Source of the DNA: Epithemia pelagica
Taxonomy: Eukaryota > Protista > Bacillariophyta
Length of the DNA: 64,000 bases
Direction: 5' to 3'
Assembly: GCA_946965045.2 (NCBI GenBank)
Contig: OX337235.1
Location: 806,001-870,000 of the forward strand
Each line of letters opens with the position of its first letter. Position 1 is the first letter of the stretch. Positions 45,797 through 56,109 of this stretch are shown here, piece after piece. Position numbers and translations under genes: made by a program. The notes under the pieces are model-generated. The model ran no database searches, had not been told where the DNA came from, and saw only the letters and a list, made by a program, of their open reading frames with translations.

Positions 45797-48148
45797 TCAC
45801 AATGGATCACGCAGTTCCAGTTGAAAGAGAGAAATCTGCTGTTTCGCCTTGAGTTGGTCCAAAAGAGAGTTTGGTGACTTCTTTTTTTGTGTTGGTCGTT
45901 TTGGATTGGATTTCGCGGCCGAGGAGGATGGTACAGTTCTCGTGTCCACCACCGTCAGATTGGCGGTCGAAATTTCGTGCAACAGTTGTCGACGTGTCCG
46001 CACTTCTACCAATTCCGCCAAGTCCCCCATTATCAACCACGCTTGTGGATTGTCCAGTACAACAGTTGTGGTAGTAGACGAAGAAGATGTTGTTGTTGTT
46101 GTTGTTGTTGTTGTTTGCGTTTGGTTGCTTGTCTTGATATTCGTGGGATGCGGTGGTGCTTTGGGTCGCAAATAGGTTGGAACGCCTCGTAAAAATCCCG
46201 ACAACAAGCCATGAGCATCCAAACTGGCCGAATCCAGGAACGAAGAACCATGGGTAGTGTCGTCGGCAGTAGGAGCAGCAGCATCGGGTGGCATCCACGG
46301 AGGATTGCAGACAATCAAATCGGCCACCGCCAAGAACGAACTTGTGGCCAATTGTGGTTCTTGTGGTTGTTGTCTGGCCAAGGATATGGCCTTGGCCGAT
46401 GGAAAAATGTTGGATGTACACTCCAAAATGACTTGTGATGGTGGTGGTGGTGATGGGGCTACCGTCTGTGGACGACTGTCGTCTGCAGCTGTTGCAGTGT
46501 CTGTTGCACTCATGGACATGTCCTGGTCGTCTTTCAAGTCCTTGTTCTTGTGTTTGTGGTCCTCGTTGTTCTTCTTCTTATTGTTCTCGTTCTTGTGGTT
46601 CTTGTGGTCCGTTTCGGTATGTTCGAGAGGAGGCAGTACCACGACGGTATATCCCATGCCTTGCAAGGTTTCGGCCGCCGTGGCAATGGCCGCTGGATTG
46701 TGATCGGTGCCGAGGACGGTCGTGAATTGTTGCGTTTGCAACAACCAGGCCGTCAAGACCCCACTGCCCACTCCGATATCCATGGCAATGCGACTCGAAG
46801 ACGACGACGAAGAAGAAGAAGATGACGGCAATTGGAGTTGGTCGGGCAAGACGTGGAGATAGTCTTGCCGAATGGGACCAAAGACGGAAAAGTGGGGATG
46901 AATCCAGGTATTCGTACCCAACAGGGGAACATGGATGCCCTTGCGATAGAGTTGGTACGCACTGATGCGACTTTGCACATCTCGCAGAGACATGAGGTAG
47001 GGTTGCGAGGCAACAACCGTAACGGGCGTCTTGGCATTGGTCGGGTCCGGCTGTCGTTGTGGTTGTTGTGGTTGTTGTGGTTGTGTGGTCGTGTTTTGGT
47101 TCTTGTCGTCGTTACTACTACTAGCATTCCAATCATCATAATTGCTCGGAGGAATGTGATACAAGGGTTTGGAGAGAATTTTGGCCACATGAGGATGAGG
47201 CCGTTGCAAGCCTTGCAGTTGATGATGCTTGGAAAGTTGCACTAGTAAGGAATGACCTACTTGGGCCGCAAACTGTTGAACGTGTCGATGGTGGTACCAC
47301 GCCCGACTCTTGTCTTCGTCGTCGTTCTTGGATGGGTCATGACTCAATGATTTCGCTTGGAGATAGTCGTGCGCACAGCGAACCAGCGCAGCCAAAAAGT
47401 GTCGTGCCTGTTGATAATCTCCTTGATAAATCAAATAATACTTGCCCTGGAGGAGTTGGTACGGAACTGTCGTCGTTGTCGTTGTGGAGTTGATTCCATC
47501 GTGTTGGACCAAGCGTCGAAAGGCCTGCCAGGGTGGCGTCGAATCGGACACGAGCATGCCTTGACACACGGTATGGTTGGATGGATCCGTCGTCGTTTGG
47601 TGCCAACTATCCTGGCGGTTGCTGCTCGTACTAGTGCTTTGATAGAGGGGACGTTGGTGCACTACTTTTCCCGTGGTCCATTGAACGAACCGTGTCGATA
47701 CTGCCGTAGCGTGACGACACGTGTTGCCACAAGAGACGGACGAGAAGACCAATGGTGGTTGTGGTTGGTCGGAACCACTCGAGACTCTTTGTGGAATCTC
47801 TTCTTGTTTGTCGTCGGTTTCTGGTTGTGGTTGTTCCTTATTGTGGACACAGCAACTGCGTGAGTTTGGTAAAGTCGCGGGAGAATGCAACCACGCATCC
47901 GTCGATATCGATCGCCCTTGCTGTCCGCATCCCTTGCATACATCTTGTTCCTGTAGTGGAGATGGCGCAGGAATGCCGGCCCAGAGTCGTGTGCTTGTAG
48001 TCGTATTACTCCTGGCTCTGCCAAAGGTTCTTGGAGGGAGGAGGTGTCGTTGTTGCATCCAACAAGTTCGACTCAATGAGCGACGCCCTAAACCATCTCC
48101 CATTCTTCTGGACGTCCCAGGAGAACGAAACGAGGAACGAGGGTACAT
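45797..48148 (-). CDS. Class I SAM-dependent methyltransferase, HemK/MTS-like, bacterial-type core with low-complexity insertions
   Basis: Motifs AMDIGVGSGV and DLIVCNPPW, plus IHPHFSVFGPIRQDY and YQGDYQQAR segments resembling bacterial methyltransferase-small proteins. The N-terminal extension is Arg-rich. Confidence 0.8.
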   Translation of the reverse strand: MYPRSSFRSPGTSRRMGDGLGRRSLSRTCWMQQRHLLPPRTFGRARSNTTTSTRLWAGIPAPSPLQEQDVCKGCGQQGRSISTDAWLHSPATLPNSRSCCVHNKEQPQPETDDKQEEIPQRVSSGSDQPQPPLVFSSVSCGNTCRHATAVSTRFVQWTTGKVVHQRPLYQSTSTSSNRQDSWHQTTTDPSNHTVCQGMLVSDSTPPWQAFRRLVQHDGINSTTTTTTVPYQLLQGKYYLIYQGDYQQARHFLAALVRCAHDYLQAKSLSHDPSKNDDEDKSRAWYHHRHVQQFAAQVGHSLLVQLSKHHQLQGLQRPHPHVAKILSKPLYHIPPSNYDDWNASSSNDDKNQNTTTQPQQPQQPQRQPDPTNAKTPVTVVASQPYLMSLRDVQSRISAYQLYRKGIHVPLLGTNTWIHPHFSVFGPIRQDYLHVLPDQLQLPSSSSSSSSSSSRIAMDIGVGSGVLTAWLLQTQQFTTVLGTDHNPAAIATAAETLQGMGYTVVVLPPLEHTETDHKNHKNENNKKKNNEDHKHKNKDLKDDQDMSMSATDTATAADDSRPQTVAPSPPPPSQVILECTSNIFPSAKAISLARQQPQEPQLATSSFLAVADLIVCNPPWMPPDAAAPTADDTTHGSSFLDSASLDAHGLLSGFLRGVPTYLRPKAPPHPTNIKTSNQTQTTTTTTTTTSSSSTTTTVVLDNPQAWLIMGDLAELVEVRTRRQLLHEISTANLTVVDTRTVPSSSAAKSNPKRPTQKKKSPNSLLDQLKAKQQISLFQLELRDPL

Positions 48149-48407
48149 TCTATTCAAGGTAATTCACCACCATGGTCAACGCAGACCCAACAAAGACCAA
48201 AAGAAAAGCCCGAGGAAGAAAAAATCCAACATATTATCCGCGACCATAAAAGATCGCTCTTGGATCGCTTCAATGGTTCGGAAGCACCGCAAACGTCACT
48301 TTGTCGGCAACACAATGGTTGTCACCACTGTTGTTTTTGGTCCATGGTGGTATAAGAGAGAGAGAGAGAGAGAGAGATCTATCCAACTCAAAGCGACAAC
48401 CACCACC

Positions 48408-49043
48408 ATGATTCGTTCGATATTGCAACCACCACGATGGTCCTTGAATTTGGCCACGGCCGATGCGATTTGCAATGCCGCCTTGGACGCGGCACAGCAT
48501 TTGCAAACGCCACGTCCCGTGTGTATCACGGTCGTCGATGCTCGTGGTGATGTGGTGGTGCAAAAACGCATGGATGCCTGTCCACCCGGAGCCTATGTGG
48601 AATTTAGCATGGCCAAGGCTCGTACCTGTATTCATTTGCAAACGAGTAGTCGTGCGGTGCGTCTCAAGTATACAAGTGGTGCCACGCCCACGGCTCCGGC
48701 TACACCGGCCCAATTTACGCAAGCGGCCACCATGGCCACGGTCTTGCCAGGACAAATATTACCAGTCGCCGGAGGAGTCCTGTTGCAAGCGACAACGGTA
48801 CCATCCATGTTCGAGGAGAATAAGGACGACCAACCACAACAACAGCCCGTCATTCTGGGAGCTGTCGGTGTCAGTGGCGCAGCCGCGGACGAGGATGAAT
48901 ACATGGCCTGGTACGGAATTCACCATACATTGCAGTCGTTCATAGGATCCAGCCAGGACAACCCGCTCGTCACGACGGTACCCTCACACCATTCCTGTAC
49001 CACACTGAAACCTCAATTTAATGCCACCACCGAAACGAATTGA
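48408..49043 (+). CDS. GlcG/HbpS-family heme-binding protein
   Basis: Motifs VCITVVDARG...RMD, AKARTC, AGGVLL and LGAVGVSGAAADEDE. Confidence 0.88.
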   Translation: MIRSILQPPRWSLNLATADAICNAALDAAQHLQTPRPVCITVVDARGDVVVQKRMDACPPGAYVEFSMAKARTCIHLQTSSRAVRLKYTSGATPTAPATPAQFTQAATMATVLPGQILPVAGGVLLQATTVPSMFEENKDDQPQQQPVILGAVGVSGAAADEDEYMAWYGIHHTLQSFIGSSQDNPLVTTVPSHHSCTTLKPQFNATTETN

Positions 49044-49796
49044 GTCGGAAATAACAGACTGTTTCACGACAAGTGTCCGCAGTTTGGCACCCAGCCAACC
49101 GATCGAGTGGTGCGATCTTGGTTGGTTCGCTTGTACACCGGAGATGCTTGTAGTTCAGAGCCAGGAGCAATTTTCATAGATTTCGTTGCTTCCTTTTGGT
49201 ATATATAGTACTAGAGAGCAATCGTTGTTGATATATCCTTTTCAACGACTTTGGTAGCTCTTTTACAACCTTGTGGAGTCTGTCATTGATCCATTGCTGT
49301 GACTGTTGCTTGAAAGAATGACCGGAGTGACGAGGAATACATTCGTGTCACAACGTTTTGTCCATCGGTTTCCCAATGGTTGACATTGCTTCTTGTCCTT
49401 CTGTGGTAGGCATGAGGCTACCTCAAAGGTTGGAGTCCACTCGGTCCGTCTATTTGGTCTTCGACCATTACGAGAACAACAAAACAGTCGATGAAAAGGG
49501 TAATACACGACAGAGGAGCTACTCTCGAGAGGCGCTGTGAGTGAAATTTTCGGAGCAACCACACGATTTTCTTGAAGGATAGAGTGTGCTTCCATGATTG
49601 TGTCCTCCTACTAGTGGAGGTGACTTGTGTGCCTGCGTCTGCAAGGAATGAATATTTTTATTTTATTCCAACCAGTCAAGATTCTCATGTTTCTCTTTTC
49701 AATGTTAAAAGTCTCTGCATTAAGATCTCAATCCAAACAACAACCACGCTTCTTCTCTTGTCATGGCCATCGTTCATTCTTTGTTCCTTTCTTCAT

Positions 49797-50666
49797 TTAA
49801 CGATACAAGTGTTCGTTCATAATGTTCTTGGCCAATTGTTTTTCCCACTTGTCTCCATTGGACAGCAACTTTTCCTTATCGTACAACAACTCTTCATGTG
49901 TTTCCGTGGCAAACTCGAAATTGGGTCCTTCCACAATGGCATCGACGGGACAGGCTTCCTGACAAAATCCACAATAAATGCATTTGGTCATGTCAATATC
50001 GTACCGGGTGGTTCGACGAGCGCCATCTTCACGTTCGGCGACATCAATGGTAATGGCTTGAGCGGGACAGGCGGCTTCGCACAATTTACAGGCAATGCAT
50101 CGTTCTTCGCCCGACGGATATCGGCGAAGGGCATGCTCGCCTCGAAAACGGGGCGACAAGGGACCCTTTTCAAAGGGATAATTAATGGTCGCGGCTGGTT
50201 TGACCATTTTTTCCAACGACAAGGCAATGGCTCGACACATTTCCGTCAAGAAAAAAACCTTGGCGGAATTGTCAATAATTTCGGACCATGGTGTCTACAA
50301 CAGAAAAAGACAAAGAATAGAAAACAAAATGAATATCATGAATGAGAAAGGTCCATCATGGGAAATTCACACCAAAAGAGCCATCCAGAGAGGTTTCCGT
50401 AGTGGCTGTATCGTCATACACTATCGTACCGGTAGAATGTTATCTTTTCGTTCCAATCGTTCGACATCGTTGTAATCCTTGTACGACATGTATCCACGCG
50501 AGGTCGTGGTGGTGGTGGTCCAGGAGGATGGCGAAGACGCAGCCGCAGCGGCCGCAGTCCGCCAACTCAAGGTTGTTGTTGTTGTTGTCAGGGATGTGCT
50601 ACAACGAGTCGCAACTCGACGACACACCGTCGAGAGGAGCGACGACGACGACGCTACAAAACTCAT
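49797..50666 (-). CDS. NDUFS8: Complex I 23-kDa Fe-S subunit (TYKY/NuoI); exons 50666-50430 and 50294-49797
   Basis: Motifs [42 protein letters not shown] and [12 protein letters not shown]. It has a mitochondrial-type presequence and a phase-0 GT-AG intron 50429-50295. Confidence 0.97.
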
Positions 50667-51105
50667 GGTCGGTTCCTCTGTATCTTGTATTCAGAGAGGA
50701 CACACTCTGACACACGCACACACACAATCGAAGAGATGGTTCGGTCTGTGTTGCTGTCAATTGTTAATCGGCTCATCAAAACGCCGAACACACACAATCA
50801 CTATGGCAGAAGGATCGTTCCTAGATGACGTGGATCATGTCACAACGGTACTCTTCCAGTACCGCATCGGTGCTCACACCATGTTTTTCATAAAAGAAGA
50901 GACATGGATTCCAGATTCCAGATTCCAGATTCCATGAACATTCGTCATACAATAGCATCTTTCGACCATCACTTTTTTTCTTTTTTGTTGCAAAGAACAA
51001 AAACATCCATCACCTCTGTGTCAAATGTCCAACGTGTGTTACAAGGAGCGTGTTTGTTTAGTCTCCTTCCATTGATCAAGCAGAAATAGTAATCGAATAC
51101 CTGGA

Positions 51106-52584
51106 ATGAAGGGGCCCCATCGATCCGCCACTGCATGGTTGGTGTTGGTACTGACATTATTATTTCACAATCCGAGTGTGGTATCTTTTCGTCCATCCGT
51201 GTTCCACCCCTTGGGACACAGATACTCTCCTTCTCAGTGCTCCGAGCCAACGACAGAAGGGCCATTCTGGACTACACCAACAAGGGAGAGTGATGAGACA
51301 CGATGGACACATGGCCAACGAATGGCTTTGCTGCGACACTTTGCCACGCGAAAGACCAGTAGTAGTAGCAACAACAACAACAAGGGGTTTGGATCTTCCA
51401 AGTCAGCGTCGAAACGAACTTCTTCTTCTTCGTCTTCAGGATCTTCCAAGACCAGCAAACGCAAGAATCGACTGACCAATGCACTCGACGACGATGACGA
51501 CGATACGAAAGCAGCCCAACCAACCATACCAAACCAATCACCAGAATCGCAAGCGCCCAGTCAAGAGGAATTGGTGGCCCAATTTCAACAGCAAGCGTCC
51601 GAGACTGTGGTTGGAAAAGCCGTCACGTTTGCCAAACAATGGCATGAGCAGCAAGAGCAAACCAATGGTTTGATTGTCAAGAACCGAGAACCGGATATTG
51701 TCGTCTTGGATCCCTTTTGGGAACTCATGCCCTCCTTGATTCAAAGTCGATTTCCCACCGTGGCCGATGCCGAATTGCATCGGATTGCCGGTTTGGTCAA
51801 GCATTCCTTGTGTCCCACCTTGACCAAACCCGATGTGGAACGAGAGGACTGTTGCAGTGATCCGTCCTTGCGACCCGTCGAGGACATTCATGCTTACATG
51901 CCCGATTTGGGTCCGACCCAACCCTTTTACGATCCCACTTCCCTGGACATTTGTCGGCAATTCTCGGAAAATTATGACGTCATTTTGAAAGAATACCATG
52001 CTCTCTTGGAGGAAATGGACCGGACGGGGACGGATCGATTCCAATCCGTCACGAGTATGAATTACGAAGCCGGATGGCGTACGGTTGTCTTGTTTTACAA
52101 TGGTCATCGCATTCCTGGATTTCCGTACCATGTCTGTCCCACCACGACACAATTGTTGGAATCCCTTCCCCTCGCGGGTCGCATTGCGGGCTTTAATCGA
52201 CAACAACCCTCCACTGGCATTCCACGACATACCGATGGCAACAACATGTGGTTGACCTGTCAAATGGGCTTGTCGGTACCGGGCGAACAGGGATCCGAGG
52301 CCACCTCGACCGTAGAAGTGTCGGACGACCAACGGGCCGCCATTACCGTTGGCAATGAAACACGACCGTGGAAAACGGGACAATGTCTACTCTACGATAC
52401 CACGTATTGGCATGAAACGTGGAATGGTCATCCCACCGAGGAACGCGTCGTCTTGCATGTGGACTTTTTCAATACGCTAGCCTTGACACCCAATGAAATT
52501 GAAATTTTGCAATACATTTATTCCCTCCGAGAACAATTCATGAAAGCCGAAGGCGTGACCAAGGTGGAACAACAAATCTTGTAG
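51106..52584 (+). CDS. Aspartyl/asparaginyl beta-hydroxylase-family 2OG-Fe(II) dioxygenase, probably plastid-targeted
   Basis: Signal peptide plus an F-start transit-like region. Motifs RHTDGNN, LYDTTYWHETWN and RVVLHVDF. Confidence 0.88.
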   Translation: MKGPHRSATAWLVLVLTLLFHNPSVVSFRPSVFHPLGHRYSPSQCSEPTTEGPFWTTPTRESDETRWTHGQRMALLRHFATRKTSSSSNNNNKGFGSSKSASKRTSSSSSSGSSKTSKRKNRLTNALDDDDDDTKAAQPTIPNQSPESQAPSQEELVAQFQQQASETVVGKAVTFAKQWHEQQEQTNGLIVKNREPDIVVLDPFWELMPSLIQSRFPTVADAELHRIAGLVKHSLCPTLTKPDVEREDCCSDPSLRPVEDIHAYMPDLGPTQPFYDPTSLDICRQFSENYDVILKEYHALLEEMDRTGTDRFQSVTSMNYEAGWRTVVLFYNGHRIPGFPYHVCPTTTQLLESLPLAGRIAGFNRQQPSTGIPRHTDGNNMWLTCQMGLSVPGEQGSEATSTVEVSDDQRAAITVGNETRPWKTGQCLLYDTTYWHETWNGHPTEERVVLHVDFFNTLALTPNEIEILQYIYSLREQFMKAEGVTKVEQQIL

Positions 52585-52862
52585 GAGTAACCGAAATCAG
52601 AGGACAGTAGTGTACTTGCGAACAAAATCAGAGCATATAATGCTTTTGCAGAGTAACAGAAAACCGAGGAGACAACTTTGGAACAAAACTAGAGTATCTA
52701 TTTTGGGTCATCAATAATGCTACCGTTCGGGTTCGGGCTATTCCTCTCCTGAAATAGCTTGGGTAGCTGGGGTAGAAGTTTTCCTGTCTCTGCGCCCGGC
52801 ACACCGACCTTGCACGCGTGCGAACGGATGGAATGTCGCGCATACATAGCCACTTTTTTCCA

Positions 52863-54349
52863 ATGTCGAGAGAAATAACAACAATGAAGACGATGGTGGT
52901 GAACGGTAGAGTCAGTGTGGTTCCGTCCCAATCATCCGGTCGGCCACTCCACCACAAACAACAAAAAGTCGTCATTGCCCTGACATGTTTGGTGGTTCTA
53001 GCTACTCTTCCATGGTGGACTGCACAAGAGCCAAGACAAGACTTCACCCCCTCCCAACCCCAACGGGAGACAACATCCTCGATCCACGTCGAAACCATCA
53101 AGATAAATTTTGATAAAGAGAACAAGGATCCTCGCAAGCACAAGCCGTTTACAGAGAATCATCGTCAAGCATGGTTGAATTTGCCCCTTTCTACAGCGAA
53201 AAAAGAGCAGCATCGACTGGAATTGGTTCATATTCCCAAGACGGCTGGAACAGGCTTGGAAATTGCCGCGGCTCAAGCCAAGATCGATTGGTCCTACTGT
53301 CATCACGCCGAACGATTTCACAATGAATGGATGCCCATCCACTGGATACCATTCTTTCGTGTCCTGGTGCCATTCTCACCAAGGCAAAACACCGATACCA
53401 ACACATGAAAACAGGTCTTTGCTCGCCCTGGCATACACCGCCCTTTTTTTATCGACCTCCCCTCACCAACACCACAACTTCCAACACTTCCCAAACTGCC
53501 TTTCCCGATACCTACTATCATGACGCTCGTTTGTTTGCTGTAGTTCGAAATCCCTACGATCGCATGGTGAGTGAATTCAACTTCAATCATCGAGGCCAAT
53601 TACGAAACGGCGCCCTGGCGAATATCACCCAGACCCAGTTACAACAAACCTTGAATCGATGGATACAATCTCAATTGCTCAAATACCAACAAGGACTGGT
53701 ACGGACACGTCGAATGGAGAAACCCAATACGAACAAGGACGACCATCGGGTTGATTCGAACTTTGCCAAGGCAGCCATCTCGTCCCATATTCAGACGGAA
53801 ACCACGACAACCATGATTCCCTGCAACAACCGCCATTGGTCCGCCTTTTGGAAGTCGTATTTTCAGTTGGATGGTCATTTGATTCCACAGACGCACTACA
53901 TTTTCTCACCCCAAATGGTGTACGAAAGCAACATTACCGAGAGGGTGTACGAAAGCAACATTACCGCCCTCTCGGTTGCATCCTCCACCAATGCTACCAC
54001 TGTTCCAGGTACGAACGAGAGTGTGTCATCGACCAACACTTTTATCCCAATCAGCAGAATCATTACGTCTCGTGTTCAAACCATGTCAACGAAACCCAGT
54101 GACCGTCTGGTCCATCATGTCTTGTTTCTGGAACACTTGGATACGGACTTGCTACGCTTGCTCCAAGCGTACAATCTCCACATGAATCTGACAAACTCAC
54201 ACAAACAAAACCAACGAAATCGTTCGTCGTCTTCCACCAAAGCAACCACCAAGCCTCGTCTTTCGGCCTCTCTGTTGACGGATCGGACTCGAAAATTGAT
54301 TCAGCAGGTGTACCAGGATGATTTTCAAGTATTTGGATACCAGATGTAA
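52863..54349 (+). pseudogene. Golgi-type sulfotransferase (Sulfotransfer_2-like), split by a 1-nt frameshift near 53327-53335
   Basis: A type II TM anchor and the 5'-PSB motif VHIPKTAG lie in one frame. WHTPP, the 3'-PB motif FAVVRNPYDRMVSEF and HLIPQ lie in the -1 frame. No intron of plausible size bridges them. A sequencing indel is possible. Confidence 0.75.
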
Positions 54350-54854
54350 CAAGACTCGTGTGTGACTTCTGTATGGTTGGAACGGTTGGGGATTCGTCAA
54401 CAATCTACGACTTTTCGAGCAACGGTTTATATCCGACGCGTTCCGATTCACCCAAACTCAATCGAACAGACGCGCCACACTCTTTGTTGTCTGTGAGAAT
54501 TTCAACGAGTGCCAAAGTAGTTTCAGGATTCTATCATGAAAGGCTACTAGCAGTATACATCTCGGCTCTTTGCATTGCCCGGACAGTGAACTCGTCAGAC
54601 GCAACCTCACTCCTCTATACACCTGGTACCATGCACTGAACTCCAACAAGACAGTAAAAACGTTATTGCAAGAAGACAGTTAACACGTCGCAAAGCCACC
54701 CTATCGACAAGTGTCAACTTACTCCTCACACGTACGCCTTTGCAGTCGAAACGAGCTATTCTTATCAGTACTCGTAGATCACTCAACAGACTTTAGCACT
54801 AAAAACAACTTTATCTGACCTTTTATCTACGATGCGACAATGAACTAGGTAGTT

Positions 54855-55616
54855 TCACTGCGCAACTTCCACAGATTTGGCCATTTCGCGTTCGACCGAC
54901 TTGGCATCTGTTTTCCAGTTGTCAAACAAATGATTGGCCATGCCATCGGGAAAGACATCCTCTTCACCCTTCTTCAAGGCTGTAATCACAGCCTCGGCCA
55001 CTGCACTCGGTGGCGTCTTGTCAAAGGGAAGTTCTTCCGCCATGGCTGTATCAATCGGACCTGGATAAACACCGACAACCAAACTGTTGGGCAAGTCACG
55101 ACGCTGGGCTTGAGTCAAGGAATTGGCAGCGGCTTTGGATGCCGAGTAGGTGCCCGCGACTGGAAAGTTGACCAATGAAGCAATCGAGTTGATGTTCACG
55201 ACAGCACTTTCATTCGAGTTCTTGAGAAGGGGAGCAAAGCTACTCACAATTGCCAAGGGGGCGAGGTAATTGACTTTCATCTCTTGCTGGACTTTGGCAA
55301 TGTCAGTCTCCAAAGAGCTACCAGTTCCACCCGACAAATAGCCAGCATTGTTGATGACCAAGGTCACATCGGGATATTGTTCCGAAAGTTTCTTTATTGC
55401 GTGCAAGTCAGTAACATCCAATGCAACGGGGACAACCTTCCCACTCTGTTCCGCAGCGAGGTCTTCAAGCTCTTTAGTATCTCGTGCTGTGGCATAGACC
55501 TTCTTGACACCCTCTTTTAGCAGAGCATGAACAATGGCGCGTCCAATTCCATTCTTCTTGTTTGTGCCTGTCACAAAGGCGACTTGATTTTCAAGGGTTA
55601 CTGATCGTCCTGTCAT
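54855..55616 (-). CDS. Short-chain dehydrogenase/reductase, copy 3
   Basis: Intact 253-aa paralog with YSASK. Confidence 0.92.
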   Translation of the reverse strand: MTGRSVTLENQVAFVTGTNKKNGIGRAIVHALLKEGVKKVYATARDTKELEDLAAEQSGKVVPVALDVTDLHAIKKLSEQYPDVTLVINNAGYLSGGTGSSLETDIAKVQQEMKVNYLAPLAIVSSFAPLLKNSNESAVVNINSIASLVNFPVAGTYSASKAAANSLTQAQRRDLPNSLVVGVYPGPIDTAMAEELPFDKTPPSAVAEAVITALKKGEEDVFPDGMANHLFDNWKTDAKSVEREMAKSVEVAQ

Positions 55617-55937
55617 GGTGAAGTGTTTGAGTCGATTCAGGATACTTTTCTTTGGTGTTGTTTCTCAACAATACTTTGACTTTGTTTTTTATGACATGAT
55701 CTGCTTACATAGACAAATGAACGCGGCGCATACATTGGCATGCTGGGAGCACATGCGTCGAGGATGGAGCATCCTTGAAACCCCAAGAAGTAAACCTGAA
55801 AACGGTTTGGGTTCAGGTATGCATAATGCATTAACGACCATCTGATCATCCGATATTGGCAATGAACAGCTTGAGAGAGACAACGAGAAACGAAAATTGC
55901 TTTGCGATTGATTTCGAAATTATGAACATCGATGTTG

Positions 55938-56109
55938 TGTCTTATTTTGCCTGTGGGAGCAAAATCCCACTATCGTAACAACATTCTTACCGATAACAAG
56001 AATTATACTACGTTCAAAGCAGAGACAAGAAAAGTAACCATGTAAGCGGTAACATCAGCTTCTGTGGGTCTTGGATGTTCGTGATCGAGCTATCAGCCGG
56101 AATAAGACA
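55938..56109 (-). repeat. 3' LTR of element C (172 bp)
   Basis: TGTCTTATT...AATAAGACA 9-bp terminal inverted repeat; identical to 61980-62151. Confidence 0.95.

Noticed and set aside
655-54349. Alternative genetic code (TAA/TAG read as sense), since all internal stops are TAR
   Set aside because: Intact genes here end in TAA or TAG (EEP end, THF1, NDUFS8, SDR1, Asp hydroxylase). The internal stops also replace different residues (Trp in the integrase, probably Gln in the EEP).
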